Positions 1 through 9,433 of a stretch of 24,000 nucleotides of DNA are shown here, piece by piece. Location: the NCBI GenBank assembly GCA_965260985.1, contig CBDHCE010000005.1, forward strand, positions 358,306 to 382,305, read 5' to 3'. Position numbers and translations under genes: made by a program. The notes below the pieces were generated by a model. The model was not told the DNA's origin, did not search any database, and saw only the letters and a program-made list of their open reading frames with translations. Source of the DNA: Tepidisphaeraceae bacterium. Its GTDB lineage: Bacteria > Planctomycetota > Phycisphaerae > Tepidisphaerales > Tepidisphaeraceae. Within the stretch, counting starts at the first letter, position 1; the number at the start of each line of letters is the position of its first letter.

Positions 1-392
1 ACGCCCTGTCGCCGGCGCACGAGGTGCTCTACACCCTGCAGGCGGGGCGGACGGGGGCGGCCGCGTTCTCGCACGACGGCTCGGCGGCGGCGTATGTCCT
101 GCCGGCGGGCGGGTTCCGGGGGGTCGACGCGGCGGCGGGGCCGACGATCTGCGTGAAGCCGGTGCCCGCCCCGGCGGGGTTGCGGTCGAGCGGTGACCGA
201 AGGGTGACGAACGCCAAAACCCCCTGCCACCCCCTGCACGCGGCGGGCCACTACGTCAGCCTCGTGCTGCCCCCCGACCTGCCGGCCGACGCCGGCGTCG
301 GCCGGGTGGCGGTGTACGACCTGCGGACCGGCGGCGCGCGGACCGTGACGATGAAGCAGGGGCCGGTGTACGCGGCGTTTCTGATCGACTGA
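1..392 (+). CDS. 3' end of a gene that starts upstream of the window; hypothetical protein
   Basis: The frame is open from base 3 at the window edge to TGA 390-392. Third codon positions are almost all G/C in this frame. I recognise no motif. Confidence 0.55.
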   Translation, partial: ALSPAHEVLYTLQAGRTGAAAFSHDGSAAAYVLPAGGFRGVDAAAGPTICVKPVPAPAGLRSSGDRRVTNAKTPCHPLHAAGHYVSLVLPPDLPADAGVGRVAVYDLRTGGARTVTMKQGPVYAAFLID

Positions 393-499
393 CCCCGCGT
401 TTCGCCGCGAGTGGGGCGGCTAGATGTCGAAGCGCTCGATTGGCGGGCGCACTTCCGCCGCCGGCGAGTCGACGGTATGGTGTGGCGACAGGAGTTGTT

Positions 500-901
500 A
501 TGGGCACATGGGCGGCGGGCAATTTCGATAATGACAAAGCGTGTGACTATGCCTGCGACCTGGTGGGTGGCTTGGTCAAGCAGATCGAGTCCACCGTCGC
601 CAGCGAAGATAATATGGAACCGGACCGCTCGAGCGGCGTGCTGATGATGTGCAATGTCGAGTTGGTGTGGGTGCTCTGCCGGCACCTGGACATGGCGCCC
701 CCGGCGGCTGCGACGGTCGAGGAGTGGAAGCAAAAATACCTTGCGGTGTGGGAAGCTTACATCGACCGGCTCTCGCCGAAGGCGGCGTATAAACAGGAGC
801 GGCGGGCCGTCCTGGTGCAGACGTTCGACCAACTGATCTCTTACAGCGTGTCCGTGGAGCAGGAGCGTGCGGCCCGCGCCGCGGCACGGCAGCGGAAGTG
901 A
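500..901 (+). CDS. DUF4259-like small protein
   Basis: ATG at 500 is preceded by GGAG (491-494). The N-terminus 'MGTWAAGNFDNDKACDY' matches the 'MG.WG.G.FDND.A.D' start I associate with DUF4259. The ORF-track start at 440 (TTG) is probably too early. Confidence 0.65.
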   Translation: MGTWAAGNFDNDKACDYACDLVGGLVKQIESTVASEDNMEPDRSSGVLMMCNVELVWVLCRHLDMAPPAAATVEEWKQKYLAVWEAYIDRLSPKAAYKQERRAVLVQTFDQLISYSVSVEQERAARAAARQRK

Positions 902-954
902 CCGTGGGTTGCAAATGCGACTGTCACGGTTCGCCGACACATCAAGTCAAGGCC

Positions 955-1026
955 ACCGTTTAGCCGCCCCGCTTGCGGGGCGCGTCTTGCCGCCCCCGCG
1001 CCCCGCAAGCGGTGCGGCTAAACGGT
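955..1026. repeat. Palindromic intergenic element B1: 30-nt arms with 1 mismatch and a 12-nt loop
   Basis: Left arm 'accgtttagccgccccgcttgcggggcgcg' (955-984) pairs with right arm 'cgcgccccgcaagcggtgcggctaaacggt' (997-1026). Each arm contains its own 'ccccGCTTGCgggg' mini-hairpin. Confidence 0.9.
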
Positions 1027-1072
1027 TTAGTATCAGTCGGCGAAAGAGATGCTCAAGGCGGGAGGCGGAGCG

Positions 1073-1903
1073 ATGCTCGGGTTCACGCGAAAAGTCAACG
1101 TCACCTTCATCGACGACGCCACCGGCGCGGCGTTCGCCCGCGCTTCCATGCCGCCGGGCGATTTGCCCAAGACGTTCGCGGTTCAGACGACGATGCACCT
1201 GGGGACCGACGACTGGCGGGTGGTGGCGGCCGACCCGCCGACGCGGTCGGCGTTCGCGCGGTCGGGCACCCTGACCCTGCGGCTGCGGCGGGTGGAGCGG
1301 CTGGCGGACGTGGACCCGGTGGACATTCTGTTCAGCCTGCCGTCGATCTGCGACCGGCTGCCGGCACTTTCGGGCGACCCGCTGGCGGGCGACGAGCTGA
1401 CGCTGGCCGAGGATGACTGGCGGCAGCTCGAGTTCGTCTCGCGGCAGTTCGCGGCGGCGGCGGATGAGGAGATCGACGCGATCCTGCGGATTCACGCGGA
1501 AGAGCGGGCGGCGGTGGGGTGGCGGAAGATTCACGTCCGGCGTCGGTCCGAGCCGCCGATCAGCGGGCCGCTGGCGCTGGAGGACGTGCGGCGGGCACTG
1601 GGGGGCGCGGCGGCGCGGGGCGTGGCGCTGGCGGATTATGGCTCGCCGGCGGCGGGCGGCTTCTCGCTGGCGGCGGCCGACGGGCTGCGGTGCTACGGCA
1701 TCGTTGACTCCGGCCGCGTGGCGGTGCTGGGCGTCGATCAGGACGGCCTGACGCCGGCCGTCGCGCCGGCCTTCGCGCGGTCCGCCGCGGCGCTGGCGGA
1801 CCTGGCGCGGGCGTTCGACCTCGACCTGGTCCACTGGTGCCGGTGTGTCCGCGCGTCGGCCGACGACCCGGCGTTCGGCGGGCTGCTGACGGGCGAGGGG
1901 TGA
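1073..1903 (+). CDS. hypothetical protein
   Basis: ATG at 1073 is preceded by GGAGG (about 1061). The frame has a strong GC3 bias. The TGA at 1901-1903 overlaps a possible downstream ATG (TGATG). I recognise no motif. Confidence 0.6.
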   Translation: MLGFTRKVNVTFIDDATGAAFARASMPPGDLPKTFAVQTTMHLGTDDWRVVAADPPTRSAFARSGTLTLRLRRVERLADVDPVDILFSLPSICDRLPALSGDPLAGDELTLAEDDWRQLEFVSRQFAAAADEEIDAILRIHAEERAAVGWRKIHVRRRSEPPISGPLALEDVRRALGGAAARGVALADYGSPAAGGFSLAAADGLRCYGIVDSGRVAVLGVDQDGLTPAVAPAFARSAAALADLARAFDLDLVHWCRCVRASADDPAFGGLLTGEG

Positions 1904-1950
1904 TGCCGCCGCTTGCGGCGGAGTCGACGCTACAGTCTCGCGGAGTGCCC

Positions 1951-2691
1951 ATGCGACTGCCCACCGTGCGCGGCGTGATCGACCGGCGGATCCTCGTCAA
2001 CTACCGGCTTGACCCGGCCGTCGCGGCGAGGGAGTTGCCGGCGCCGTTCCGGCCGAAGTTGGTCGGGGGGTGGGCGATGGCGGGCATCTGCCTGATCCGG
2101 CTGACGCGCGTCCGGCCGGCGTGGGTGCCGGGGTGGCTGGCGGGGGCGGTGGGCGTGGGGTCGGAGAATGCGGCGCACCGCTTTGCGGTCGATTGGGAGG
2201 GGGGCGAGGGCGTTTACGTCCCGCGGCGCGACACCGACTCGCGCCTGGCCGCGCTGGCCGGCGGACGGCTGTTTTCCGGCGAGCACCGGCATGCGCGGTT
2301 CGACGTGGAGGAGTCGGCCGACCGGCTGCGCGTCGGCTTCCAAAGCGATGACGGCACGGCGGCGGTGTCCGTCACGGGGCGGGTGGCGGACGGGCTGCCG
2401 GCGGAATCGGTGTTCGAGTCGGTCGAGGCGGCGTCACGCTTTTTCAAGGCCGGGTCGCTCGGCTACTCCGCCACGCGCGATGCGGGGCGGTTTGACGGGC
2501 TGGAGTTGCGGGTGGAAAATTGGTCGGTTCGGCCGCTGGCGGTGGAGGCGGTGGCGTCGAGCTACTTCGGCGACGCGGAACGGTTCCCGCCGCGGTCGGT
2601 GGCGTTCGACCACGCGCTGCTGATGCGCGGGATCGACCACGAGTGGCACGCGCGGGAAGACCTTTGCTGCGACGGGCGGGGAGGGGCGTAG
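1951..2691 (+). CDS. DUF2071-like (acetoacetate-decarboxylase-fold) protein
   Basis: 'VIDRRILVNYRLDPAVAARELPAPFRPKLVGGWAMAGICLIRL' resembles the N-terminus of actinobacterial DUF2071 proteins as I recall them. An alternative start at 1903 would overlap the upstream stop by 1 nt. Confidence 0.55.
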   Translation: MRLPTVRGVIDRRILVNYRLDPAVAARELPAPFRPKLVGGWAMAGICLIRLTRVRPAWVPGWLAGAVGVGSENAAHRFAVDWEGGEGVYVPRRDTDSRLAALAGGRLFSGEHRHARFDVEESADRLRVGFQSDDGTAAVSVTGRVADGLPAESVFESVEAASRFFKAGSLGYSATRDAGRFDGLELRVENWSVRPLAVEAVASSYFGDAERFPPRSVAFDHALLMRGIDHEWHAREDLCCDGRGGA

Positions 2692-2700
2692 AGGCTCGGT

Positions 2701-3033
2701 TCAGGCCGTCGCTTTAGGGGCGTTCGGGCTGTAGCGGTCCTCGACGAGGCGGAGTTCGCACTTTTTGCCGAAGGCGACAGCAATCTTTAGGAGCATCGCC
2801 ATCGAGTCGCCGTCGTAGTCGCCCTCTTCGAGGTCGTCGATGACGCACGGCTCGACGCCGACGCGCTCGGCGAACTGCTGCTGCGTCAGGCCGGCCTGCT
2901 CGCGGAGGTCGTAGACGGCCTGCTGAATGTCGGCGGTCACTTGCGCTTCGGCGTACAGGCGGAGCATTTCGGGGTCATCGCCGATGAACTGGTGGCGGAT
3001 CATGAACACGGCGTCGGAGGTTGTGGTGGGCAT
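2701..3033 (-). CDS. XRE-family HTH antitoxin (HigA-like)
   Basis: The HTH segment reads 'LTQQQFAERVGVEPCVIDDLEEG'. The protein is 110 aa. Its ATG at 3033 directly follows the TAG of the upstream toxin ORF (TAGATG). Confidence 0.8.
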   Translation of the reverse strand: MPTTTSDAVFMIRHQFIGDDPEMLRLYAEAQVTADIQQAVYDLREQAGLTQQQFAERVGVEPCVIDDLEEGDYDGDSMAMLLKIAVAFGKKCELRLVEDRYSPNAPKATA

Positions 3034-3411
3034 CTAAATCTCCAGATTGCGGGTGTGCGCCGGCGGGTTCTGCAGATAGATCTGCCGGCGCTGGATCGCC
3101 CGTTCAATATCTACCTTCGGAACTTCCTTTTCCTTGGTCAGCCCGTGGGCGAGAAGTGCCACGTTGCGGCCGTGGTAGAAGTATAGGATGCGGTAGTTTA
3201 CCCGGCCAACCTTCACCCGCAGTTCCAGAATGCCGTCGCGGAGGTAGTCCGCGTGCGGGCGGCGGAGCTCGTTCCCGAACTGCCTGAGCTTGTCCACGGC
3301 CGTCGCTATCCTGGCGACGGCGTTTGGGTCGCGTCGGCGCAACTGGTCGATCCAGTCCAGAACCGGCGCGTCATCTCCATCCGAGTAAACGTACACCTCC
3401 GTCTGCGGCAT
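3034..3411 (-). CDS. RelE/ParE-superfamily toxin (HigB / phage Gp49-like)
   Basis: 'LRRPHADYLRDGILELRVKVGRVNYRILYFYHGRNVALLAHGLTKE' is the typical Gp49/HigB-like core. ATG at 3411 has GGGAGG 8 nt upstream. The toxin-first gene order is as in higBA. Confidence 0.8.
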   Translation of the reverse strand: MPQTEVYVYSDGDDAPVLDWIDQLRRRDPNAVARIATAVDKLRQFGNELRRPHADYLRDGILELRVKVGRVNYRILYFYHGRNVALLAHGLTKEKEVPKVDIERAIQRRQIYLQNPPAHTRNLEI

Positions 3412-3448
3412 AGGTCCGGCCTCCCAAAGCAATGAACGGCTCGAGATT

Positions 3449-4351
3449 TTACCCCAGCAGCCCCCGCTCCCGCAAGTAGTTCAGCACCAGCGTGTCGAAC
3501 GGCACGGCGGTGGAGGTGAACAGGTACGTCCCGCCGCGCCGCGTGACATAGTTCTTCAGGCTCAGGCAGTAGGCGTTCAGGGTCGACTTATACTTTTTCA
3601 GCAGCGGCCCGGTGATGCTCACCTCCGCCTCGTCGGCGTCCTCCACGTCCTTCAGCCTCAGATCGCCCTGTAGGTCCGGGTCGATCTCCTGGGGGCTGAG
3701 GATTTGCACGCAGAACAAATCATACTTGCCGCCGGCGAGGTAGCGTAGGCCGTTCTCGAAGCCGCCCTTGTCGAAGAAGTCCGACAGCACGACGCACACG
3801 CCCTTGCCGCGGTTTTGCAGCGCGAAGCGCTTGCACGAGGCGGCGAAGTCGCTGCCGCCGGCGGGCTGCAACGTTTCGACGAACTCGATCATCCGCCGCA
3901 CGTTCCGCCGGCCTCGCATGGCGCCGGTTTCTGCCACCACCGTGTCGCTCATCGCCGCCACCGTCACGCGGTTGTAATTCACCAATCCGATGTAGGCGAG
4001 GGCGGCGGCGACCTGCTTGATATACTTCGACTTGCCCGGCTCGCCATAGTCGGTGCTCTTGCTTACGTCGAGCAGGACGTAGAGCGCCAAGTCTTCCTCT
4101 TCGAGGAAGAGTTTGAGGAAGAGCTTGTCGAGCCGGGCGTAGATGTTCCAGTCGATGAAGCGGAGGTCGTCGCCCTCGGTGTAATTCCGATAGTCGGCGA
4201 ACTCGACGGACTGGCCGCGGCGCTTGCTGCGGCGCTCGCCCTTCATCTTGCCGGACAGGAGCTTGCGCGAGACGACGTCGAGCTGGTCGAGCCGGGCCAT
4301 GAACTGCGGGTCGAGCAGGCGGTCGGACTTCGGTCGGGCGGTGGGGGTCAT
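3449..4351 (-). CDS. DUF58 domain protein (vWA-like, MoxR-associated family)
   Basis: 'LLDPQFMARLDQLDVVSRKLLSGKMKGERRSKRRGQSVEFADYRNYTEGDDLRFIDW' is the DUF58 signature. The ORF-track N-terminal extension (to 4435) is translated from repeat A1. Confidence 0.85.
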   Translation of the reverse strand: MTPTARPKSDRLLDPQFMARLDQLDVVSRKLLSGKMKGERRSKRRGQSVEFADYRNYTEGDDLRFIDWNIYARLDKLFLKLFLEEEDLALYVLLDVSKSTDYGEPGKSKYIKQVAAALAYIGLVNYNRVTVAAMSDTVVAETGAMRGRRNVRRMIEFVETLQPAGGSDFAASCKRFALQNRGKGVCVVLSDFFDKGGFENGLRYLAGGKYDLFCVQILSPQEIDPDLQGDLRLKDVEDADEAEVSITGPLLKKYKSTLNAYCLSLKNYVTRRGGTYLFTSTAVPFDTLVLNYLRERGLLG

Positions 4352-4364
4352 GCGGCAAGTGTAA

Positions 4365-4436
4365 CGTGGCACGGGCGTACTGCCCGCAGTCTTGTGGCGA
4401 AAAACCGAAGACTGCGGGCGGGACGCCCGAGCCACG
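4365..4436. repeat. Palindromic element A1 (GTGGCACGGGCGTCCCGCCCG family)
   Basis: Arm 'cgtggcacgggcgtactgcccgcagtctt' (4365-4393) pairs with 'aagactgcgggcgggacgcccgagccacg' (4408-4436) with 3 mismatches. It fills the spacer between the M16 stop (4439) and the DUF58 start (4351). Confidence 0.9.
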
Positions 4437-4438
4437 GG

Positions 4439-7400
4439 CTACGCCGCCGGCTTGGTCGTCGGGGCGCCGGGCACCTGGTCGGGGGCGCGCTGCAGGGGCA
4501 TCGGCAGCACCTGCACGTCGCCGAGGGCGTCCAACTGCGGCTTGATGATCGACGCCGGGCCGACCACGACGATGGTGAAGTCCTCCGGCTTGACGTACTG
4601 GCCCATCACCCGCCGCACGCCGTCGGCGGTGACTTCGGCGATCTTCTGGGGGTAAACGTCGAAGTAGTCGGTCGGGTAGCCGTTGAGCTCGATGTCCACG
4701 CGCCGGCCCGCCTGCTGGCCGACGGTTTGAGTTTGCAGCACCATGCTGCCGGCCACCTGGCGCTGGGTTTCGGTCAGCTCCGCCGGCTCGATGTCGGCGT
4801 CGACCATGCGCTCGAGGACGGTGAACGCCCCGGTGACGGCCTCGCCGGCGGTGGTCGGCTTGGTGTCGACCGAGACGTTGAACGTGCCGGCGTGGCGGCC
4901 GGGGCTGAAGTAGCCGCTCGCGCCGTAGGTCAGCCCGCGCTCGGCGCGGAGGTACTTGTTCATCCGGCTCTCGATGCCGCCCGACAGCACGCGGCTGGCG
5001 ACGGTGCCGGGGTATTTCTCGTCATTGGTGAGCTTGTACGCCTGGGCGGCCATGCGGATGCTCGCCTGCTGGCCGGCGGGGTTGTCGATCAGAATGATCC
5101 GCTGCTTCCGCGGCGCCGGCGGCAGGTCATAGGCGGCGGCGGGCGGGTCGCCGGCGGACCAGCCGTCGGCGAGTTGCTTGACCATCGCGTCCATCTGCGC
5201 CTGCGTCACGTCGCCGCTGACGACCATGAATGCCCCGTCGGGCCGGTAGGCCTTTTGGTACCACGCCTTCACGTCGTCGAGGGTGATCGACGCGACGCTG
5301 GCGGGCGTGGCCTGGCGGCCGAGGGCGGAGTCGCCGTACAGCGCCTTCTGCAAGTCCCGCCCCGCGACGCCGGCGGGGTCGCTCAGCGACTGCGCGAGGC
5401 CGCTGAGCGTCTGGGCCTTGAGCTTGGCGAACTCGCCGGCGGGGAAGGTCGGCTGCAGCAGCACCTGCTTGGCCCGCATCATCAGGTGCGGGAGTTCGTC
5501 AATCGTGGAGAAGCCGCTGAGGGTCGTGTGGTCGCCGCCGTCGGAGGCGTCGAGGGAGATGCCCCGGCCCTCCAGATCCTGACTCAACTGCTGGAACGAC
5601 AGGTCGCCCGCGCCGCGCGAGAGCATGGCGGCGGCGAGGTCGGCCACGCCCTCCTTGCCCGCCGGTGCCGCGTCGCCGCCGCCGCGCATCACCAGGGTCC
5701 AACTGGCGATCGGCAGCCGCTTGTCGGGCAGGACGATGACCTGCAACTCGCCGACCTTGCTGGTGGTGCCCTTCTCGAAGTTCGCCGTGAGGACATTGGT
5801 CGGCACCGGCGGCGCGTCGGGGAAGTCGGCCGGGAACTTGACCGCAGAGGCCGCGGGCATGGTGGCCGGCATCGTGGTGGGCTTGGTGCTAGCCGGCGTA
5901 GCGACGGGCGCGGGGCGGGGCGTCGGGGCCGCCCCCGCGGTAGTGCCCGCCGCGGCGCCGGCCTCGCCGGGCTCGGTCTTCGGCTGCTCGCTGGCGGGCA
6001 CGGCGGCGGCGGCCTGGTTGATCTCGCCGACGGCCTTCAGCCCCGCCGCCTGCTCCTGCTGCAGCTTCTCCGCCTCGCTGCCCGCCGGCGGCTTGCCGGG
6101 GAGGTAGGCGAGCTCGGTCATCTTCCGCTTCACCAGATACTTCTGCGCGATGGCCTGAATGTCCGCCGGCGTGACGGCCTCGATCTTCGACAGCGCCTCG
6201 TTGGCAATCTCCGCATTGCCTCCGAACACCTGCGCATCGCCCAACTGCGTCGCCACCTGCTCGGCGGTCTGGCGGCCGGTGATGAGGGCGATGCGGGCCT
6301 GGGTCTTGACCTTCTCCAGCTCCGCCGCCGTCACGCCGCCGGCCTTCAGCTTGTCGATGACCTTGAGCATCTCCGCCTCGATGCCCTTGACGTCATTGCC
6401 CGGCAGGGCGGCGCCGGAGACGACGAACAGCCCCTTGTCCTCGAGCTGAAAGTCCCCCGCCGACACGCCGACGGCCATCGGCTTCTCGCTGCCGACCATC
6501 GCCTCGTACAGCCGGCTGGTCGCCCCGTCGCCGAGGATCGAGCCGAGCAGGGCGAGCGCGTAGTGGTCATCGCTTTTATAGTCCGCCGTCTTGAAGCCGA
6601 GGATCGCGCGGGCGATCGGGACGTCGACCTTGTAAACCGTCAACTGCCGCTCGCCGTCCTGAACCGGCTCCGCGGGCGACTGGCGGGTGATCGGCTTGCC
6701 CTCGGGGATCCAGCCGAAGTACTCGTGGACCAGCTTCTTCGCCGCCGGCACGTCATACTTGCCGGCGATGATCAGTGTTGCATTATTCGGGACGTAGTAA
6801 GTGTTATGAAAGGTTTGCAATTCGTCGACGTTGGCGGCGGCGAGGTCGGCCATGTCGCCGATGGGCGTCCACTTGTAGTGGCTCTTGTCGTAGGCCGTCC
6901 GCAGGAAGTCCTGGAAGAACGTGCCGTAGGGCGGGTTGGCGGTGCGCATCCGCCACTCCTCGGCCACGACGTTGCGCTCGGTCTTGAAGATCGGCCCGGT
7001 GACGTGGAAGCTCGCCATGCGGTCGGCCTCCAGGTAGAGGGCCATCTTCAGGGCGTTGCTGGGGATCGTGTTGACGTAGGTCGTTTGATCAAAACTCGTG
7101 AAGGCGTTCGAGCTGCCGCCGACGTCGTTGATCAGTTTCATGTGCAGTTCCGGCGGCACGTGCGCGCTGCCGCGGAACATCATGTGCTCGAACATGTGGG
7201 CGAACCCCTGGCGGTCGGGCGTCTCGTCGCGGCTGCCGACGTGGTACATCACCCGCACGTGGATGACCGGCGCGTTGTCCAGCGGGGCGTAGAGGACCGT
7301 CAGCCCGTTGGGCAGCACCTCCTTGTCGTACTTGATCGGCGGCAGCGTCGCCGGCGCGGCGGCGGGCATCGTCGCCGGCATGGTGGAGGGCGAGTCGGCG

Positions 7401-7486
7401 GGCGAAGAGGTCTGGCCGTTGACGGCGACCGCGAGGATCGCGGCGTTGAGGACGGCAACGGTCGGCAGCAGGCGGCGGAGGGTCAT
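4439..7486 (-). CDS. Secreted M16-family (pitrilysin/insulinase-like) zinc peptidase, fused double unit
   Basis: The inverted zinc motif HxxEH lies in 'GFAHMFEHMMFRGS'. The N-terminal signal-like sequence is 'MTLRRLLPTVAVLNAAILAVAVNG'. A central Pro/Ala/Thr linker is followed by a second, motif-less M16-like half. The protein is 1015 aa. Confidence 0.9.
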   Translation of the reverse strand: MTLRRLLPTVAVLNAAILAVAVNGQTSSPADSPSTMPATMPAAAPATLPPIKYDKEVLPNGLTVLYAPLDNAPVIHVRVMYHVGSRDETPDRQGFAHMFEHMMFRGSAHVPPELHMKLINDVGGSSNAFTSFDQTTYVNTIPSNALKMALYLEADRMASFHVTGPIFKTERNVVAEEWRMRTANPPYGTFFQDFLRTAYDKSHYKWTPIGDMADLAAANVDELQTFHNTYYVPNNATLIIAGKYDVPAAKKLVHEYFGWIPEGKPITRQSPAEPVQDGERQLTVYKVDVPIARAILGFKTADYKSDDHYALALLGSILGDGATSRLYEAMVGSEKPMAVGVSAGDFQLEDKGLFVVSGAALPGNDVKGIEAEMLKVIDKLKAGGVTAAELEKVKTQARIALITGRQTAEQVATQLGDAQVFGGNAEIANEALSKIEAVTPADIQAIAQKYLVKRKMTELAYLPGKPPAGSEAEKLQQEQAAGLKAVGEINQAAAAVPASEQPKTEPGEAGAAAGTTAGAAPTPRPAPVATPASTKPTTMPATMPAASAVKFPADFPDAPPVPTNVLTANFEKGTTSKVGELQVIVLPDKRLPIASWTLVMRGGGDAAPAGKEGVADLAAAMLSRGAGDLSFQQLSQDLEGRGISLDASDGGDHTTLSGFSTIDELPHLMMRAKQVLLQPTFPAGEFAKLKAQTLSGLAQSLSDPAGVAGRDLQKALYGDSALGRQATPASVASITLDDVKAWYQKAYRPDGAFMVVSGDVTQAQMDAMVKQLADGWSAGDPPAAAYDLPPAPRKQRIILIDNPAGQQASIRMAAQAYKLTNDEKYPGTVASRVLSGGIESRMNKYLRAERGLTYGASGYFSPGRHAGTFNVSVDTKPTTAGEAVTGAFTVLERMVDADIEPAELTETQRQVAGSMVLQTQTVGQQAGRRVDIELNGYPTDYFDVYPQKIAEVTADGVRRVMGQYVKPEDFTIVVVGPASIIKPQLDALGDVQVLPMPLQRAPDQVPGAPTTKPAA

Positions 7487-7576
7487 GTCGGAATCTTTCT
7501 GGTGCGGTGGCGGCGGTTGCGGGAGAGTCTACCCGAGGTTGTCACGGCGCCAAAGGCGGGAAGTTGCACGCGGTCA

Positions 7577-8110
7577 TCAATGGTCGTCCGGCTCGCGCTG
7601 GAGCTCGAGATTTGCGATCAGTTCCGTGACGCGCCCGTGCAGGGGCGTCCCCGCCGCCCACTCAAGTCGCAGGTCGCCCTCCTCGCGGCTGGACATGCCA
7701 TAACTGCCGCCGGTGGCGACGAACTCGAACTGCCATCCGCACACCATTGCCCAACTCATGGCAGCGAGCAGCAGGCCGTACTCGTTTTCCACCACCAGCC
7801 GATGTGCGGGGCCGCCCGCGACCTTCCCCGCAGGGCCGGCCGGCCGCACGAGTTGGTCGAATACCGCGAGTTCTGCGGATGCGGCGTGAGAAATCCTGAT
7901 CACGCGGAAAAGGCCCGAGTCCACTCGTGTCGGAAGAAACTCGTTGAGGGCCAACTCCGCGACGTCCGACGCGGGCGTGCCGTGAACGTCGAACGAAAGG
8001 CGATACGCCTCCCCCGGCGCGTCGGGCGAGGAGAAGCCGCCGGGCCGCACGAGGGTCCGGCCGTTGGCGGCGAGCCACGCGATGACGGATGCTTCGTTGG
8101 CGACTTCCAC
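7577..8110 (-). CDS. hypothetical protein
   Basis: The GTG start at 8110 has GAAGGAGG 6 nt upstream. GC3 bias is good. I recognise no motif. Confidence 0.6.
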   Translation of the reverse strand: MEVANEASVIAWLAANGRTLVRPGGFSSPDAPGEAYRLSFDVHGTPASDVAELALNEFLPTRVDSGLFRVIRISHAASAELAVFDQLVRPAGPAGKVAGGPAHRLVVENEYGLLLAAMSWAMVCGWQFEFVATGGSYGMSSREEGDLRLEWAAGTPLHGRVTELIANLELQREPDDH

Positions 8111-8162
8111 CGTCGGCCTCCTTCGATCCGGGCGACCCGGCCGACTCCGCCCGCTTAGGCGG

Positions 8163-9194
<1,032 letters not shown>

Positions 9195-9433
9195 GGGGGG
9201 GCGGGGGGAGTGCCGCCCATGCCATAGGGGAAAGAGGACCACACGCAATAGCAACAAGACTGCTTCGGTGTGCCCCTTTTTCAGCCAGGGTAAGAGCCGG
9301 CTCGGAAGTCATGAGAACGGGCTATACCAGCTATGTCCGAACCCTGCCGAACATTGAAAGGGTCCGGGCAGAGCACACGCGTGCCCTTTTCCGCCCCTCA
9401 AGTCAGAGGGTCGAGATTGGGCCGACATCAGCC

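Noticed and set aside
251-940. 229-aa minus-strand ORF
   Set aside because: It spans two plus-strand genes and the spacer between them, and its composition is Arg-rich. The plus-strand frames have the better codon bias and a DUF4259-like motif.
4352-4435. 'MARASRP...' N-terminal extensions (also the ORFs starting at 14239 and 13231)
   Set aside because: The same peptide start appears three times because it is the translation of the A-family repeat terminus. It is not coding.
3815-8158. 1447-aa ORF on the plus strand
   Set aside because: It is antisense to the DUF58 gene, the M16 peptidase and a hypothetical gene that have clear motifs. Its translation is Arg/Gly/Ala/Val/Leu-rich with no motifs. 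Long antisense ORFs are expected at this G+C.
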